Shown one piece after another: positions 38,101 to 48,720 of a DNA stretch of 64,000 nucleotides; positions within the stretch are counted from its first letter, which is position 1, and every line of letters begins with the position of its first letter. Origin of the DNA: Aplysia californica (Eukaryota); the NCBI RefSeq assembly GCF_000002075.1, contig NW_004797408.1, positions 838,341-902,340 of the forward strand, given 5' to 3'. The notes below the pieces were generated by a model. The model was not told the origin of the DNA. It ran no database searches and worked only from the letters and a program-made list of their open reading frames with translations. The position numbers were made by a program, and so were the translations under genes.

Positions 38101-39319
38101 GTTAAAAATTCAAGAGAGTTGCACTATTGACCTAATCAATTAATACTAAGCTCTGGTACTTCTCTTTGAGCACATTGTCACTTAAAATTTACACTCACGT
38201 GTGCACAAAAGTAAAATGATAATTGTATCAAAGCAGCAGGAAACAGCTCATCGTACCAGAACTAGTAATTGATTTTACACCACGATAGAGAAAAAATTGT
38301 TTCAGCCGCATGCATTATTACACTCGCTTGGTAGTTTCAAAATTAAATTTGATATTTTTCCTACATTATACAAACAGCACTGTTCAAGTAGAGGGCACAG
38401 TGCTGGACCAAAGGCTGCTGTATAAATAAAAGTCCAGATCTTGTAGTACATACACACTGACAATTGTATATGTTTTTTCTTACAAACTTCTTTACAACTT
38501 GGAATTTGGCTCAAAGCAACCAGGAAAAGAATTCGGAAACATCAAAGCAAAAGCAGAGATAACCCAGAGATCTATGACAAATAGTCCAACACATGAAAAA
38601 CAATGCCTCACATAAATCACGCAAATAGCTTTGATAGAAAATAGGTGAAGACATTATTCATGCTGGAACTGATGCTCACTAAGTCTTAGTGTGATTACAT
38701 ATCAAGATAGTAACAGTTCTTTTTTCAAGAATGCTGATAGAGAAGAACTCCAAACCAAACAAAGCATGAATGCTATTTAAAAATTCTGATAACCCCAATA
38801 TCTGAACAAATTTTTTGTGTCAGTAGTTAAAACTATCAGAATGTAACATAAAAATTAACCTTATCATTTGTTAAAAATTTAAGAATAAAGGTGTGGAAAC
38901 AAAATGAATACCAGATTTGCTTTACACTGGGCACCTGATGCCACACTTTGCACTATCCATGTCAAGAGCATAATAAGCAGTTTCAGTAGAAATTACAGTT
39001 TGTCCCATTTAAGCGTACATGAAACTTGAGTAGAATTACGTAAATTTAATTTGCTTTAACATCCGTGCTAAGAATATATAAAAGCAATTTTGTTTCACAC
39101 CCCTAGTCAAGAATACGAGCAACTTTAGAAAAATGTATGAAATCAGGGTCTTAAACAAGCCCAAGAGCAAATTTCTACAAGCCCAAGAGCAAATTTCTAC
39201 AATTGTTTCATAAATGAGAAATATCAATTATACAGTACACACTGGCTGTGGAAGAAAAGCCTTGATGGTCCTGAGCATGTGGGAAGACACATATATAAAC
39301 AGAAATCTAAAATATCAGG

Positions 39320-39384
<65 letters not shown>

Positions 39385-42300
39385 TACCCATTAATTTTTT
39401 TTTAAAGCTGAACTTATTTCTCAAATAAGCCGCACTGGTTTATAAGTCATAGCACATTGATTATACAACACAAAAATTTCCCTAAAAGTTTTCGCCCATC
39501 TGTTGGACAGTGTTTCTTAGGCATACGCTATAGTGTGGTCTTGAGGAAAATATGTCAACTTTTTAATGTTTCAGGTTTATGCTACGAAAAGACGAGGAAG
39601 CACCGCTCCTAAAATCGGGAAGATTCATAAATAAACAACATCGCTGTTTAAGCCGCAGGGTTCAAATTCTAGAACAAAAGTTGCGGTTTACAGCCTGAAC
39701 TTTACGGTACATCTAACACACATCATACTGCACTGAGGCTGGTAAAAAAAATAATATGGCAACTAATATAGGACACTTCTATCATCCTTATCTACGACTT
39801 ACATTGTTCATATACTCTGTCAGAAGGTCCTGCAAGGCTTGACGGACAGCATTACACTCTTGAACAATCCGCTCTCTTCTGTCATCGCGAGTGCAGGACG
39901 AGTCAGCCATGAGAGCTGCTCCACTGATGATACTTTCCACACGTTCCTCGAGAGATGGACGACTGCGTACTTCGTTGTAATTTAGGGGATCCATAATAAT
40001 TTTTTGCTGTCAAAATAAACATGGGCTATCATGGCCAAAAGGCTTCAAGCAAATACAATGAGATCAGGGATTTTCATGGTGGATATGCTTAAAGCAAATA
40101 GAGTGAGATTAAACAGCTCACATAATTAATAATTGAGAAGAAATTACACTTGCAGATTAATTGAACTAGAAAGACCACCTTATCAAAGTAGAAATTTATT
40201 TAAAGTCATATTTTGGAGTGTACAGTATATATTACTGAAGCCTCCCTTTTTTTAGCAGTCAGTCCTGTATAGGCAGGAAGAGTCAATTGAGAACATAGGT
40301 TCTCCGAAGAGTAACTGTTTTTACTACAGATGGAGGATTTGACGCAAATCTCTAAATTTGTTCTCAAATGAGTTAAACTTCATTTTTCAGAGTCGAATAG
40401 CTCTGAGAAAAAAGTTTTAGCCACAAAAAAGTCTAAACATTTAAGAGCAGTACTGCATATGTTGTGAGCACCTGAGAGATAGTGAACTTCTACAGTTAGG
40501 ACTGAAATATCCACGAGTATTTTCTGGTGTCCTAATACCAATGCCTTAAAGATGCAGAAAACCCATTGTATTACTATTATGACAAACCCATACACAAAAT
40601 ACATCACTTCTCACATCAAGTTCATCCAAAGCTGCAGCAAGCTCCCCGGGCCCTTCGTATGGGTGAGCATTTGATTGTCCAGAAGCCTGAGCAACATCAG
40701 ATATTGCATTGACAGCATCACACACTTGTTTGTAGGCGTAGTCACGATTAGATCTAGCAGCAGCAAGCTCTGGGTGGCGGACATAAGCCTGAAGATATAA
40801 ATATAAATATGTTTTTAAAATTTAAATCATGACGGTAAAATACATCATTCAGCCATGGCATTCCCTTTAAAACATCTGCAAACTGCTATGAAAGTACAAA
40901 TCTCAACAGACATTGGGGACCACAACACTTAACTCATCTCCAAGTTATAACCAGGTCAAGTATCATTAAGCTCTCTAGGAATATTGCTCTTTGCCTCTGC
41001 TTGCTTCCTTTAACTTTTCCCAATAAATGCCAACCATTCTGAGCATTCTAAAATAACATTTACTCGATCATTTGTTGAAAAGCAATTCAGTTACTCACCT
41101 TAGAAGTTGTCAATAGCATCATACTGTTCTTTTTGAGAGTTGCTCTGGCAGCAGCTAGCTCCTCCCTCCTTCGAGGATCCTTCAAATCCTGTATGAAATA
41201 CACAAAGACAAAAAGAAAGACCAATTCAATTCCAAAAATTTTTCTCAGAGCGACATGTACAATGGTATGGAGCTGATACAAAATTAACAATTTTCAAACA
41301 AATTCATATTGATTAAAACACTATTCCCATTCACTGAAGACCATGCATTCAGTTCTTGAACTAGGGTAAGTAAGTCTTGCTCCAGAACCAATGACCATTT
41401 ACTCTCTCTATTTAAGAGAAGCTTTTTTATTAAAGAGGCAAAATTTGTTTTGACACACATTTTGAAAATTAAAGTAGAGTCAAACCTGTCCAAGATGGAA
41501 TGCCAAGGGAGCCAGAAAAAAAAATGATCTTAGACAGTTTCTGCCTTGGACAGAGGAATTTAGGGCGGGGAAGGGGGTGCCAGAGAGCCAGCTGTATACC
41601 GTAAGATCAAGGGTGGGCTGTCTAAACCTCAAACCTCCTAAGTGTTATCCTAGCCACGCAGATAAAGGCATGCGACAGTCTAACTAATAAAATAATCCAT
41701 TGCTACTAGTGCTCGCATCTTATTACGGCCACTGTTTGACCAATTAAAAATGGAAAAATGTCCGAATGTCTCCTTTGTTCCCACCATCAGCCCAACCCGT
41801 TGATCGAATTAGCACAATCAACCAAGATGCCACCTTGCCCCTCCATGTAATTAATGATGTCTAGAACAACTGGCCATATAATCAGGGCAGCAGGTCAAAT
41901 TCCACACCTCTGACTATCCAAGAAAGTTTCTCAGCTGGCAGGCAACATAAGAACTTTGAAGACAAGCAGCAGTGAGATTTCACACCCACCCTGTCAATCT
42001 GCACTGCTCAGGGATCACATGGTTGGGGTAAATAGCTACCCCAAAACCGCTCTTTTTAATAAGCCTTCCTTATTTTGTGCAAAGGTTAGAGTTGGTGGAA
42101 TTAACTGAGTTTTATTCCTAATCAGGGTTGAGAGGGCAAAGCAGTTTCCATATTGCACAGGTCAAAAGCATCCAAAGGAGAGGAATTTTTAAAGTCTATC
42201 TGCCGGTTGTAAAGGTTTCGGTCTCAGATAAATTTATTATGAAGGAATTTAACAAAGGGAGGAGCGGGGAGATTCCGTCATGACAAGTTTAACTCTTGGA

Positions 42301-44344
42301 TAGGTTTCCATTATGGCAGGTTAGACTGTATATACGGTAATCTTTCAAGCATTGTTCCAGTTCTTGTTATGTCTATTCTATTTAATATTACAGGAACATG
42401 CTGAGAATGGTTCAAAGCCCTTACTTCTGTAATGCTCAGCATAAATTTATAACTGAAACATAACAAGTCTTCTTTAACCATGGGTAACAGCTAGATGTCA
42501 AAACTTTAGGCAGAAAGAAGTATCCAAACTGCAGAAAAAAAATTAATTAAAATGTAACACTAGATATAACATGTAATGCAAAAGTTATACATTTTTTTAA
42601 GTTCAAGAAATATGACACTCTCATTAATACAAAAAAAGATAGCTCCACAGTACACCAGATCTTTGCTTCAAGTAGGAAGGAGAGAAGGATGTGTAAATAA
42701 CTCACAGCCTGTCTTCTCGCAGCTCTGTCCGTCAACTCTGCCATACTTCGTCCAAAGTCCCTGAAACCATCAGTCAGTTCTTGTTGACTGGTAGCATTTT
42801 TTATGCGATCCAAATCATCTTCAACCTGAAACAACAACGCAAACATTAACTTTATTACAAAACAGCCGATTCATCACTAATGACCAACTTATGAATCCCA
42901 ATACTCAGATACATTACATAACTGGATAACTGGAAAAACAAAACACAAATGTACATTATCGACAGCTATATAGTGAAAGTGACATAACAAGCAAAACAGA
43001 AGTAGACAGGCTGAATTTACACAGGACCATATTGTATACAACAGGGTGGATATGCAGCGAACATAGCTATCCTGGCTTACGTTATGAATTTTAAATGACA
43101 TTCAACAACAGATAATGTAGAACAAAGTTTCAACATTTTGTTCCCGTGACTGCTTAAACAAAACTGCAAAACTTACAGTGTGCAGGGACTTCAAAAGGAG
43201 ATGAACATCCACCATATCAGCCAGGATAAGTAGGCGTGTGACAGCAGAGAGGAGGGCCCTTGCAGCTCTCACCATGGCACCTCTCTTTACAGATGAACAA
43301 GGATCTGCAGCAAAATCTTGGGAGGCATCATCCATTGTCTCCCCTGTTAAGAAAAAAAAAAAAAAAACTGAAGTTGAAATTAAGTTTCATGGACTAGATG
43401 CAGCTGTAGACTGCCTCCTCTTGACCTTCACTATGGAAGTCATGAGTGAGAAGATAGCAAATGTGAACTACCTCAAATAAAATGGCACAAAGGAATGAAA
43501 ACAACACATTTACAAAATTTTGTTCACTTGACTAATTATCCCTTCACTTTGGAAGGTTATATTAGACATAGTTAATTTGTAACTGCTTATCCCCCTACCC
43601 CCCCCCCCCCAAAAAAAAAATATATAAATAAATAAATAAAATAAAATAAAGAATATACCTTCTTGTTCCCTTGTCTAGCATGACTAAAATGTGGAGGTAC
43701 TAGCAAAAAAAGAGACATTCAAACAACGTTGCCTTCTTGACCATTCAACATCTTTCCACATAAAGGCAATACACTACAAAGACAGAAACAATCACAGTAC
43801 TGCAAAAGTTATAAATTCTTTAAGGAAAAAAAAAAGAAAACAAAGAATGAATCATTACCTGTTTTTCTAACTTCATCAATGGCAGCAAGCATATCATTTT
43901 CAACCTCTGGGAAGTCATGAGCTATTTGTTCCCCTTGTATGATAAAGTTCTCTGTCGCTTTCTGAACAGCAGCACTCAGAACATGAGCTTTCTTCGATCT
44001 CCCTTTCTTTTTATTCGATGGTCCATTCTGATTGACAAGAGTTGTGACCTGACAAAAACATAAAAAAGACCCAACTATTTAACAAGTTTTTTTCAAGCAT
44101 CAATTGGTAACTGTTTCTCAGTCAAGAAGCTAATTAGCCTAAAGATACAGTTTTTGACTCTTTTGTAAATAAGTGCATGTGGTTCCTATACCAGGTACAG
44201 TGGAAACCATATATAACAGGCCCGGTAATAACATGGATTTTTTAAATCCCTGTTTTTTTCTTTGTCTCTTTTAAAGGTTATCAACAATAGGGCATCATCG
44301 GAGCCCAATCTGCTATAGCAGGGACAAAGGCTCATCAACAATGT

Positions 44345-44417
<73 letters not shown>

Positions 44418-45383
44418 CAGAGACAGAGAGAGACGGATAGAGAGANNNNNNNNNNNNNNNNNNNNNNNNNNNNNNNNNNNNNNNNNNNNNNNNNNNNNNN
44501 NNNNNNNNNNNNNNNNNNNNNNNNNNNNNNNNNNNNNNNNNNNNNNNNNNNNNNNNNNNNNNNNNNNNNNNNNNNNNNNNNNNNNNNNNNNNNNNNNNNN
44601 NNNNNNNNNNNNNNNNNNNNNNNNNNNNNNNNNNNNNNNNNNNNNNNNNNNACACACAGCGGGTGAAACGAGAGAGGGTTGCAGTATGCTGCAGACTTCG
44701 ATATAGCCCTAAGCCTAGCTACACGCACGCATAACGTGTCACGCGCAGGTCTGCCACATGACCACAAGGGAGGACTGCGGTGTGCTGTTCATGGGTACTT
44801 GTGGCAAGGGAAACTACCCATGAATAAATACAGCTGAATTAGTCCACAAATACTTACTTCCTTTGCATTTCTGATTTAACAGGACTTTTTCTCTGATCAG
44901 ATTTCCACTGTATATGTGAGCATGGTCTGGAGTCAGTTTTGTACCATAGCTAAAAAGTAAATCCTAGTTAGTGTGATCCAAATACTAGTTTTCAAGGAAA
45001 AGGATGGAAAACATAAGTCAGAGTGAAAATTAACTGTGAATTTCAAGCACCTGTGAAAATTAGAAATCTTTTTCAATCAACATGTTTTCCAGCACCACTG
45101 ACCAACCATTCCCAACTCATAAAAATAACATTGAAACGCAGCACAGGAATTGAAGTATGTGCATTCACGATATATCAGAAGAGCATTTTGAGCTTTGCAG
45201 CTACTAAACCAATACCATAGTAAAGACATGATCTAAATCATAAGTTCTAAAAAGAAAAAAACTCAATACCTGTGTGACAAGAGGCTCCAATGTTTTCTCA
45301 ACTGACTTTGTTCGGATCTCTAAATTCTTTGGGTCCCATTTGACTTGAAGTGTGCCCTGTTGGGGCACTGGACTCATGGACAT
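19962..45383 (-). CDS. CTNNA: Alpha-catenin (vinculin/alpha-catenin family), complete multi-exon CDS, 902 aa
   Basis: Joined exons (minus strand): 45270-45383, 43859-44048, 43177-43343, 42706-42825, 41099-41188, 40615-40788, 39803-40006, 36183-36263, 35659-35811, 34718-34810, 33832-33988, 33236-33436, 32070-32221, 30680-30740, 29500-29725 (or copy 27057-27282), 28323-28428 (or copy 25880-25985), 25400-25534, 22831-22923, 20659-20676, 19962-20135. Total 2709 nt, all GT-AG and phase-consistent. Hallmark peptides: WDPKNLEIRTKSVEKTLEPLVTQ, AARALLSAVTRLLILADMVDV, KWDDSGNDIIVMAKQMCMIMMEMTDFTRGRGPLK, WKMKAPAKKPLV. Confidence 0.97.
20659..20676 (-). CDS. CTNNA: alpha-catenin 18-nt microexon (YSKGSN)
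   Basis: Minus strand reads ccctcttctttcttttcag TAT TCA AAG GGA TCA AAT gtaagt; it restores the conserved ASTK-Y of alpha-catenins. Confidence 0.85.
20929..21069. mobile_element. piggyBac-like MITE, second copy (intron)
   Basis: TTAA|cactttgcagtca ... cgaccgcaaagtg|TTAA; internal homology to 18890-19037. Confidence 0.8.
21500..21810 (+). mobile_element. Degenerate RTE-type LINE 3' end with C2H2 finger
   Basis: YKDTLEMSL..WESLA..R.SWR..; frameshifted ECSGCGKLF..H...H. Confidence 0.6.
22327..22775 (-). mobile_element. RTE-clade LINE 3' fragment in alpha-catenin intron
   Basis: VKSVLLYGCETW...RCLRKLLRIRW..VTNEEV...GKRSRGRPRLTW...LAQDRERW; (GAT)n tail. Confidence 0.9.
22831..22923 (-). CDS. 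CTNNA: alpha-catenin coding exon 18 (LDSATSLIHSAKNLMNAVVLTVKACYVASTK)
   Basis: ORF 22744..22986; tttcag acceptor, gtaagt donor; 93 nt. Confidence 0.95.
25400..25534 (-). CDS. CTNNA: alpha-catenin coding exon 17 (CPDSQSKKDLEAYLQRIGLYCHQLNITSKVKADVQSVSGELIVSG)
   Basis: ORF 25232..25480; ttccag acceptor, gtaagc donor; 135 nt. Confidence 0.95.
25880..25985 (-). CDS. CTNNA: alpha-catenin coding exon 16, duplicate copy B
   Basis: Same sequence as 28323-28428 at offset 2443. Confidence 0.75.
26417..27006 (+). mobile_element. RTE LINE 3' end interrupted by the SINE-like element (duplicate at 28860-29449)
   Basis: PTGRYRGTIRDKEITKGL / DVPKLENVARDRQAWRQLLSAICT* with gtaagttaagtaa tail; same family as 4462-5030. 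Confidence 0.75.
26479..26891 (-). mobile_element. Second full-length copy of the SINE-like element (duplicate at 28922-29334)
   Basis: 11-bp TSD accaagggcct at 26468-26478 and 26892-26902. Confidence 0.85.
27057..27282 (-). CDS. CTNNA: alpha-catenin coding exon 15, duplicate copy B (probable assembly haplotype duplicate)
   Basis: Same sequence as 29500-29725 at offset 2443. Confidence 0.75.
27970..28069. other. Assembly gap of exactly 100 N; other gaps at 1354-2179, 3400-3621, 8656-8810, 8957-9154, 44446-44651
   Basis: N runs. Confidence 0.99.
28323..28428 (-). CDS. CTNNA: alpha-catenin coding exon 16, copy A (GRGPLKSTMDVINAAKKISEHG...IADQ)
   Basis: Hand translation; cacag acceptor, gtatgt donor. 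Confidence 0.9.
29500..29725 (-). CDS. CTNNA: alpha-catenin coding exon 15, copy A (SVMDHDDYSGKSDRAMM...MTDFTR)
   Basis: ORF 29454..29720; tttag acceptor, gtttgt donor. Confidence 0.9.
30680..30740 (-). CDS. CTNNA: alpha-catenin coding exon 14, acidic phospho-linker (VDIDESDSEDYEDEYGGYAQ)
   Basis: ttttttgcag acceptor, gtaagt donor; its 61 nt bridge phase 0 to phase 1 exactly as the flanking exons require. Confidence 0.88.
30933..31567. mobile_element. Tc1/mariner-like MITE with subterminal ggccgtcttatgcagg repeats
   Basis: TA|ctgtcgaac ... gttcgactg|TA; related ends at ~24378, 33024-33194, ~49914 and ~50843. Confidence 0.7.
32070..32221 (-). CDS. CTNNA: alpha-catenin coding exon 13 (MPNFAEKVEMAVDAL...AVLMSG)
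   Basis: ORF 32025..32273; tttacag acceptor, gtaaat donor. Confidence 0.95.
33236..33436 (-). CDS. CTNNA: alpha-catenin coding exon 12 (ENHILEDVNKCVIALQE...MLRDQ)
   Basis: ORF 33228..33425; ccag acceptor, gtaagt donor. Confidence 0.95.
33832..33988 (-). CDS. CTNNA: alpha-catenin coding exon 11 (VINAARVLAARPKSKAAQENMDVFK...FLAVS)
   Basis: ORF 33644..33928 extended upstream; AAG acceptor, gtaaac donor. Confidence 0.93.
34718..34810 (-). CDS. CTNNA: alpha-catenin coding exon 10 (VANLACSMSNNEEGVKLVRMAAAEIDNLCTQ)
   Basis: Hand translation; ctcag acceptor, gtgaga donor; 93 nt. Confidence 0.95.
35659..35811 (-). CDS. CTNNA: alpha-catenin coding exon 9 (LRKAVVDHVSDTFLETNVPLL...NKLVE)
   Basis: ORF 35629..35829; ttacag acceptor, gtgagt donor. 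Confidence 0.95.
36183..36263 (-). CDS. CTNNA: alpha-catenin coding exon 8 (AGKKEPSEELEQAIDNMTKKTKDLRRQ)
   Basis: ORF 36174..36407; ttacag acceptor, gtatat donor; 81 nt. Confidence 0.95.
39803..40006 (-). CDS. CTNNA: alpha-catenin coding exon 7 (QKIIMDPLNYNEVRSRPSLEER...EYMNN)
   Basis: ORF 39788..39994; acag acceptor, gtaagt donor; 204 nt. Confidence 0.95.
40615..40788 (-). CDS. CTNNA: alpha-catenin coding exon 6 (AYVRHPELAAARSNRD...LAAALDELD)
   Basis: Hand translation; ttcag acceptor, gtgaga donor; 174 nt. Confidence 0.95.
41099..41188 (-). CDS. CTNNA: alpha-catenin coding exon 5 (DLKDPRRREELAAARATLKKNSMMLLTTSK)
   Basis: ORF 41087..41290; cag acceptor, gtgagt donor; 90 nt. Confidence 0.95.
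41477..42328. mobile_element. Tc1/mariner-like MITE, same family as 15447-16675 but without the SINE
   Basis: TA|gagtcaaacctg ... caggttagactg|TA. Confidence 0.65.
42706..42825 (-). CDS. CTNNA: alpha-catenin coding exon 4 (VEDDLDRIKNA...AARRQA)
   Basis: ORF 42547..42846; ttcag acceptor, gtgagt donor; 120 nt. Confidence 0.95.
43177..43343 (-). CDS. CTNNA: alpha-catenin coding exon 3 (ETMDDASQDFAADPCSSVKRGAMVRAARALL...)
   Basis: ORF 43102..43335; ttaacag acceptor, gtaagt donor. Confidence 0.95.
43859..44048 (-). CDS. CTNNA: alpha-catenin coding exon 2 (VTTLVNQNGPSNKKKGRSKKAHVL...EVRKT)
   Basis: Translated by hand (absent from ORF track); ag/gt bounded, phase 0 to 1. Confidence 0.95.
45270..45383 (-). 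CDS. CTNNA: alpha-catenin coding exon 1 (MSMSPVPQ...EPLVTQ); exon begins at acceptor ~45398
   Basis: ATG at 45383 (alternative in-frame ATG at 45377), upstream tttcag acceptor, CAG|gtattg donor. Confidence 0.92.
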
Positions 45384-45834
45384 TTTGTAGCTCAGACTCT
45401 GAAACAGACATGGGTGGAGTTTGACATTTGATGAGTAACATGGTCTCAGTTCAAGTTCACAACTACAATACATGACACTTAAAGAGTTAATAAAACATAC
45501 TGCGGAATTTTTCAAAAATACAAAAAGGGTGAGCTCAGAACCAGAAACAGAATCCAATTCATAAGTACAGAAAAAGGGTTTTTCAGAATAAAGACAGAAG
45601 TCATATTTTTCAAATTCAAAGCAGACTACTCCTGCAAATGATTTTTGGAAGTCTTACTTAATGCAATGTTGTCAAATAGTGTGAACTAAGGCACTAAGCA
45701 AATGTCAAGGATATGATTTAAATATAGCAGCACATCACTCTGCTCATACTCTTTTGCTTAGGAAAAGGTGGGATACTGACGTTCAGCAAGCTTTGAAATA
45801 ATTAACCCTTGCAGTTACCTCCTATGCCTATAAT

Positions 45835-46298
45835 ATATGTGAATCATCGTGGTGAAATCAGGCGCTCGTCAAAATAACGAAATTGGAGAAACAGGCATTC
45901 TCCACCAGTTCAACACTTTTTATTGATTTTTTTTGTTGTGTGCTCATCACCTTTTATGTCAATATAAAAACATGTTTCAATGTGAATTTTACTGGAAAAC
46001 GTTGATAAAAGGCACAAAAGCAACGGATTCAGAGGTAAAATAAACGGAAAAAAATGGCTGCCAAAGTTTGGTGACTTCCACTGCTAGAGAGCCCTTGAAA
46101 ACTGAAAATTTAGTTTTTGTCCCTTTAATCAACGTTTTTTGTTATAATCCACACAGAACTGTATTTTTTAATGGAAATAAAAGACGTTGAGCCAAAAAAC
46201 AAAAATTCGATAAAAATCCCAAACCAGCAGAAAAATGCCGGATCCTTTAATTTCAGTATTCAGACGAGCCCCTGATTTCACCATGATGCCCCACATAT
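45835..46298. mobile_element. MITE with ~26-35-bp terminal inverted repeats
   Basis: catcgtggtgaaatcaggcgctcgtc (45845-45870) versus gacgagcccctgatttcaccatgatg (46263-46288); outer atatgtg/cacatat. Confidence 0.65.
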
Positions 46299-47755
46299 GT
46301 CCCCTTGCACATAAACCTAACCTCCCAACACTTAATTCCTAGACACAGAACCCTTCAGGCGAGAACCAAAAGCTCAGTTGGTATCATGCCGAACTACAGT
46401 GTAGATGTTCCTTGTACAAACAAGCTCTTAAATTCTTGGGTGGCTAGGGGAGTTTTCAAGACTCTCCTCCAGCTAAGCTCGGACGAATTGACGATGGATT
46501 TTGAATTCAAGATCAACCCTTTCAAAAGTATTGACAGGAGTAGAGCACCGATCTGATGCATGCACTCATGCCTGTATGGTAACGGTAAAGCAAAAAAATA
46601 AAAAAACAATGATTGGTGCCATACTCACATTTACATGACCTCATGTATAATATTATATGGATTGTATTCTTTTGACTCTAAAGTTGGCCCCTTTTAGTAG
46701 GATATTACTAGCAAGTACAACGGTAAATTTTTACTTTCACTCCCGCACACAGATGCACTGCTTTGAGGGTCAAACTGCAATATTATTTGCTGCAGATCAA
46801 AGATAAAACCACTAAAACTGTCAAAATCAATTACTTTCAGGAAAATTTCAAACGTAGCTGCAAAACGTCAAAATTTATTAAAACCCCACATTTTTTTCAC
46901 TTCAGGGGGCATGCCCCCCCTGAAATCCCCCAATTGGTCCAAAGCGAGGGAATTACTACACAATTAGGCATAGTGTGAAAGTTCCATTATAAACCATAAA
47001 ATACTATTCAAACTATTAATTTGCGACGGAAAAGAATTCGAGATTCGTGTTCAACGTATTAACATATAGTAGAATATGGACACATAGTAGCTAAATGTGA
47101 AACGGGAGGGAAAATAAAAGACTACCAAGACAACACACAATGAAATTATGACATGCTGGAGGTACTCAAAATGTGTGCAATCAAAAGATGTTATTGCCTT
47201 AGTTAGACTAAGAAGAGCTAGCCTCGTACCCTTCTATCTTCCCCTAAAACTGGTCTGCATGAAATGGCCATAGTAGCAGAAAATCACCCACCAGCGGTTA
47301 AATGTTCACAATACTTATTTATTGTTTGACTTCAAAAAGTATAAAAAATCTTACTTTGCATGAAAATTACCATTACTGCACCTTTGTTGGGACTGATTCA
47401 ATTCATGGAGTAAAAGTCAAGTCAAGTCTAGAATGCACATTAAGTGAAACACGCACACATATCGAACCGATTTTCAGGTTCTGAAGTTTTTCTTACACAT
47501 GATGTAAATTCTCTGTGCTTAAAACATATATGCACACAGCGAATTTGCACACATATTATAATGAAAAATGTCCATGTCCCGCAGATTACTAATAGATCTA
47601 TGTCTATGTGTGTGTTAGACTAGACTATATTTCACAAAAATACAATGCTGCAAAAAAGTAAAAAATTGTAATTGACAATATTGCTACTGACAATGTTCAG
47701 TGACAAACTTATCCCTTAGAACTAGATCTACTGCAACCTTCTGTAAAAAGTAATA

Positions 47756-48720
47756 GGGGGTGACCACACACGCAATCAGGTCGGGTTGGGTCGATCTGGT
47801 AGTCTGGACTAGCCAAATTGAGGGCGCAAAGCGGCCATCGTGGCACAAACCGATCGACTCGGTCGGTGATCTAAAAAAACAAATGTGTTTGTTTTCAGGA
47901 AGTGCACAATCGAGTGGTTTAGAGCCAATCACAACAAGGCCGAGTCACATGTCCATGTTGAGACTCAAAATACGGTGGCGTCCACTTCGAAAAAGCGCAG
48001 ATTTTGCGAACAGAATTGTATTTACCCTACTTGTGTGAAAAACAATTTAAAAGCAATTTAACTAACAAACTGTACTATTCCTATTCTTCTTCCTGAGAAA
48101 TGAAAGAGAGCTTCAAAACAAAGACTGCAGCACCATCTGAACCAATACGCGGACTTTCGCAGACACTTTTTTGGCCGAGTGAACTAGAGGTCTTCTTATG
48201 AACGATCTATGATAATAGAAAGTTATCGATGTGACTACATTGTATTGTAACCATATTTAAGGGATTCCAGGCTGCCGCAACACTGCAACAGGGAACTGTG
48301 GAAAGGAGCCCTGGAAGCCATTGAGGTAAAAGGTTTCTCTACTTTAACTTCCAGGTCGTCGCGTACAATCGCGGCGGGACTGTAGTGTGCACTGAAACCA
48401 TCAGAAAACGACCCGCCTCGACCCGACCCGATCCGCTCTTGATAGTGGGCATCCCCCTACAAGGGTGAATCTTATATTCGAATCAATTCAATACTGTATA
48501 TATATAAATGAACATCAAATCTCTTTTTTTGCTGACTCCTTTGATGGCTGGCTGTGGTATGCCAGCAGTCAACTATTACGGGGTGCCCATTGCCATATGA
48601 ATGGGATCCGTGGGTCAAACCGATCGCCCGACTCGGTCGCCTCAAAAACAAACGCGTTAATTTTCAGTTTCAGGCGACCTAGTCGGGCGATCGGCCCGAT
48701 CCAGCCGTAATGGGAACCCC
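47756..48720. mobile_element. Two Harbinger-like MITE copies (~47756-48457 and ~48579-48720)
   Basis: GGG-terminal inverted repeats and shared cgatcgcccgactcg / aaaaacaaac..ttttcag core with 10783-10918. Confidence 0.55.

Noticed and set aside
39159-39202. 22-bp tandem duplication (also a 14-bp one at 13567-13599)
   Set aside because: Ordinary slippage duplications with no sign of function.
36264-39802. Nested antisense LRRTM-like gene, as in vertebrates
   Set aside because: There is no long plus-strand ORF or LRR pattern.
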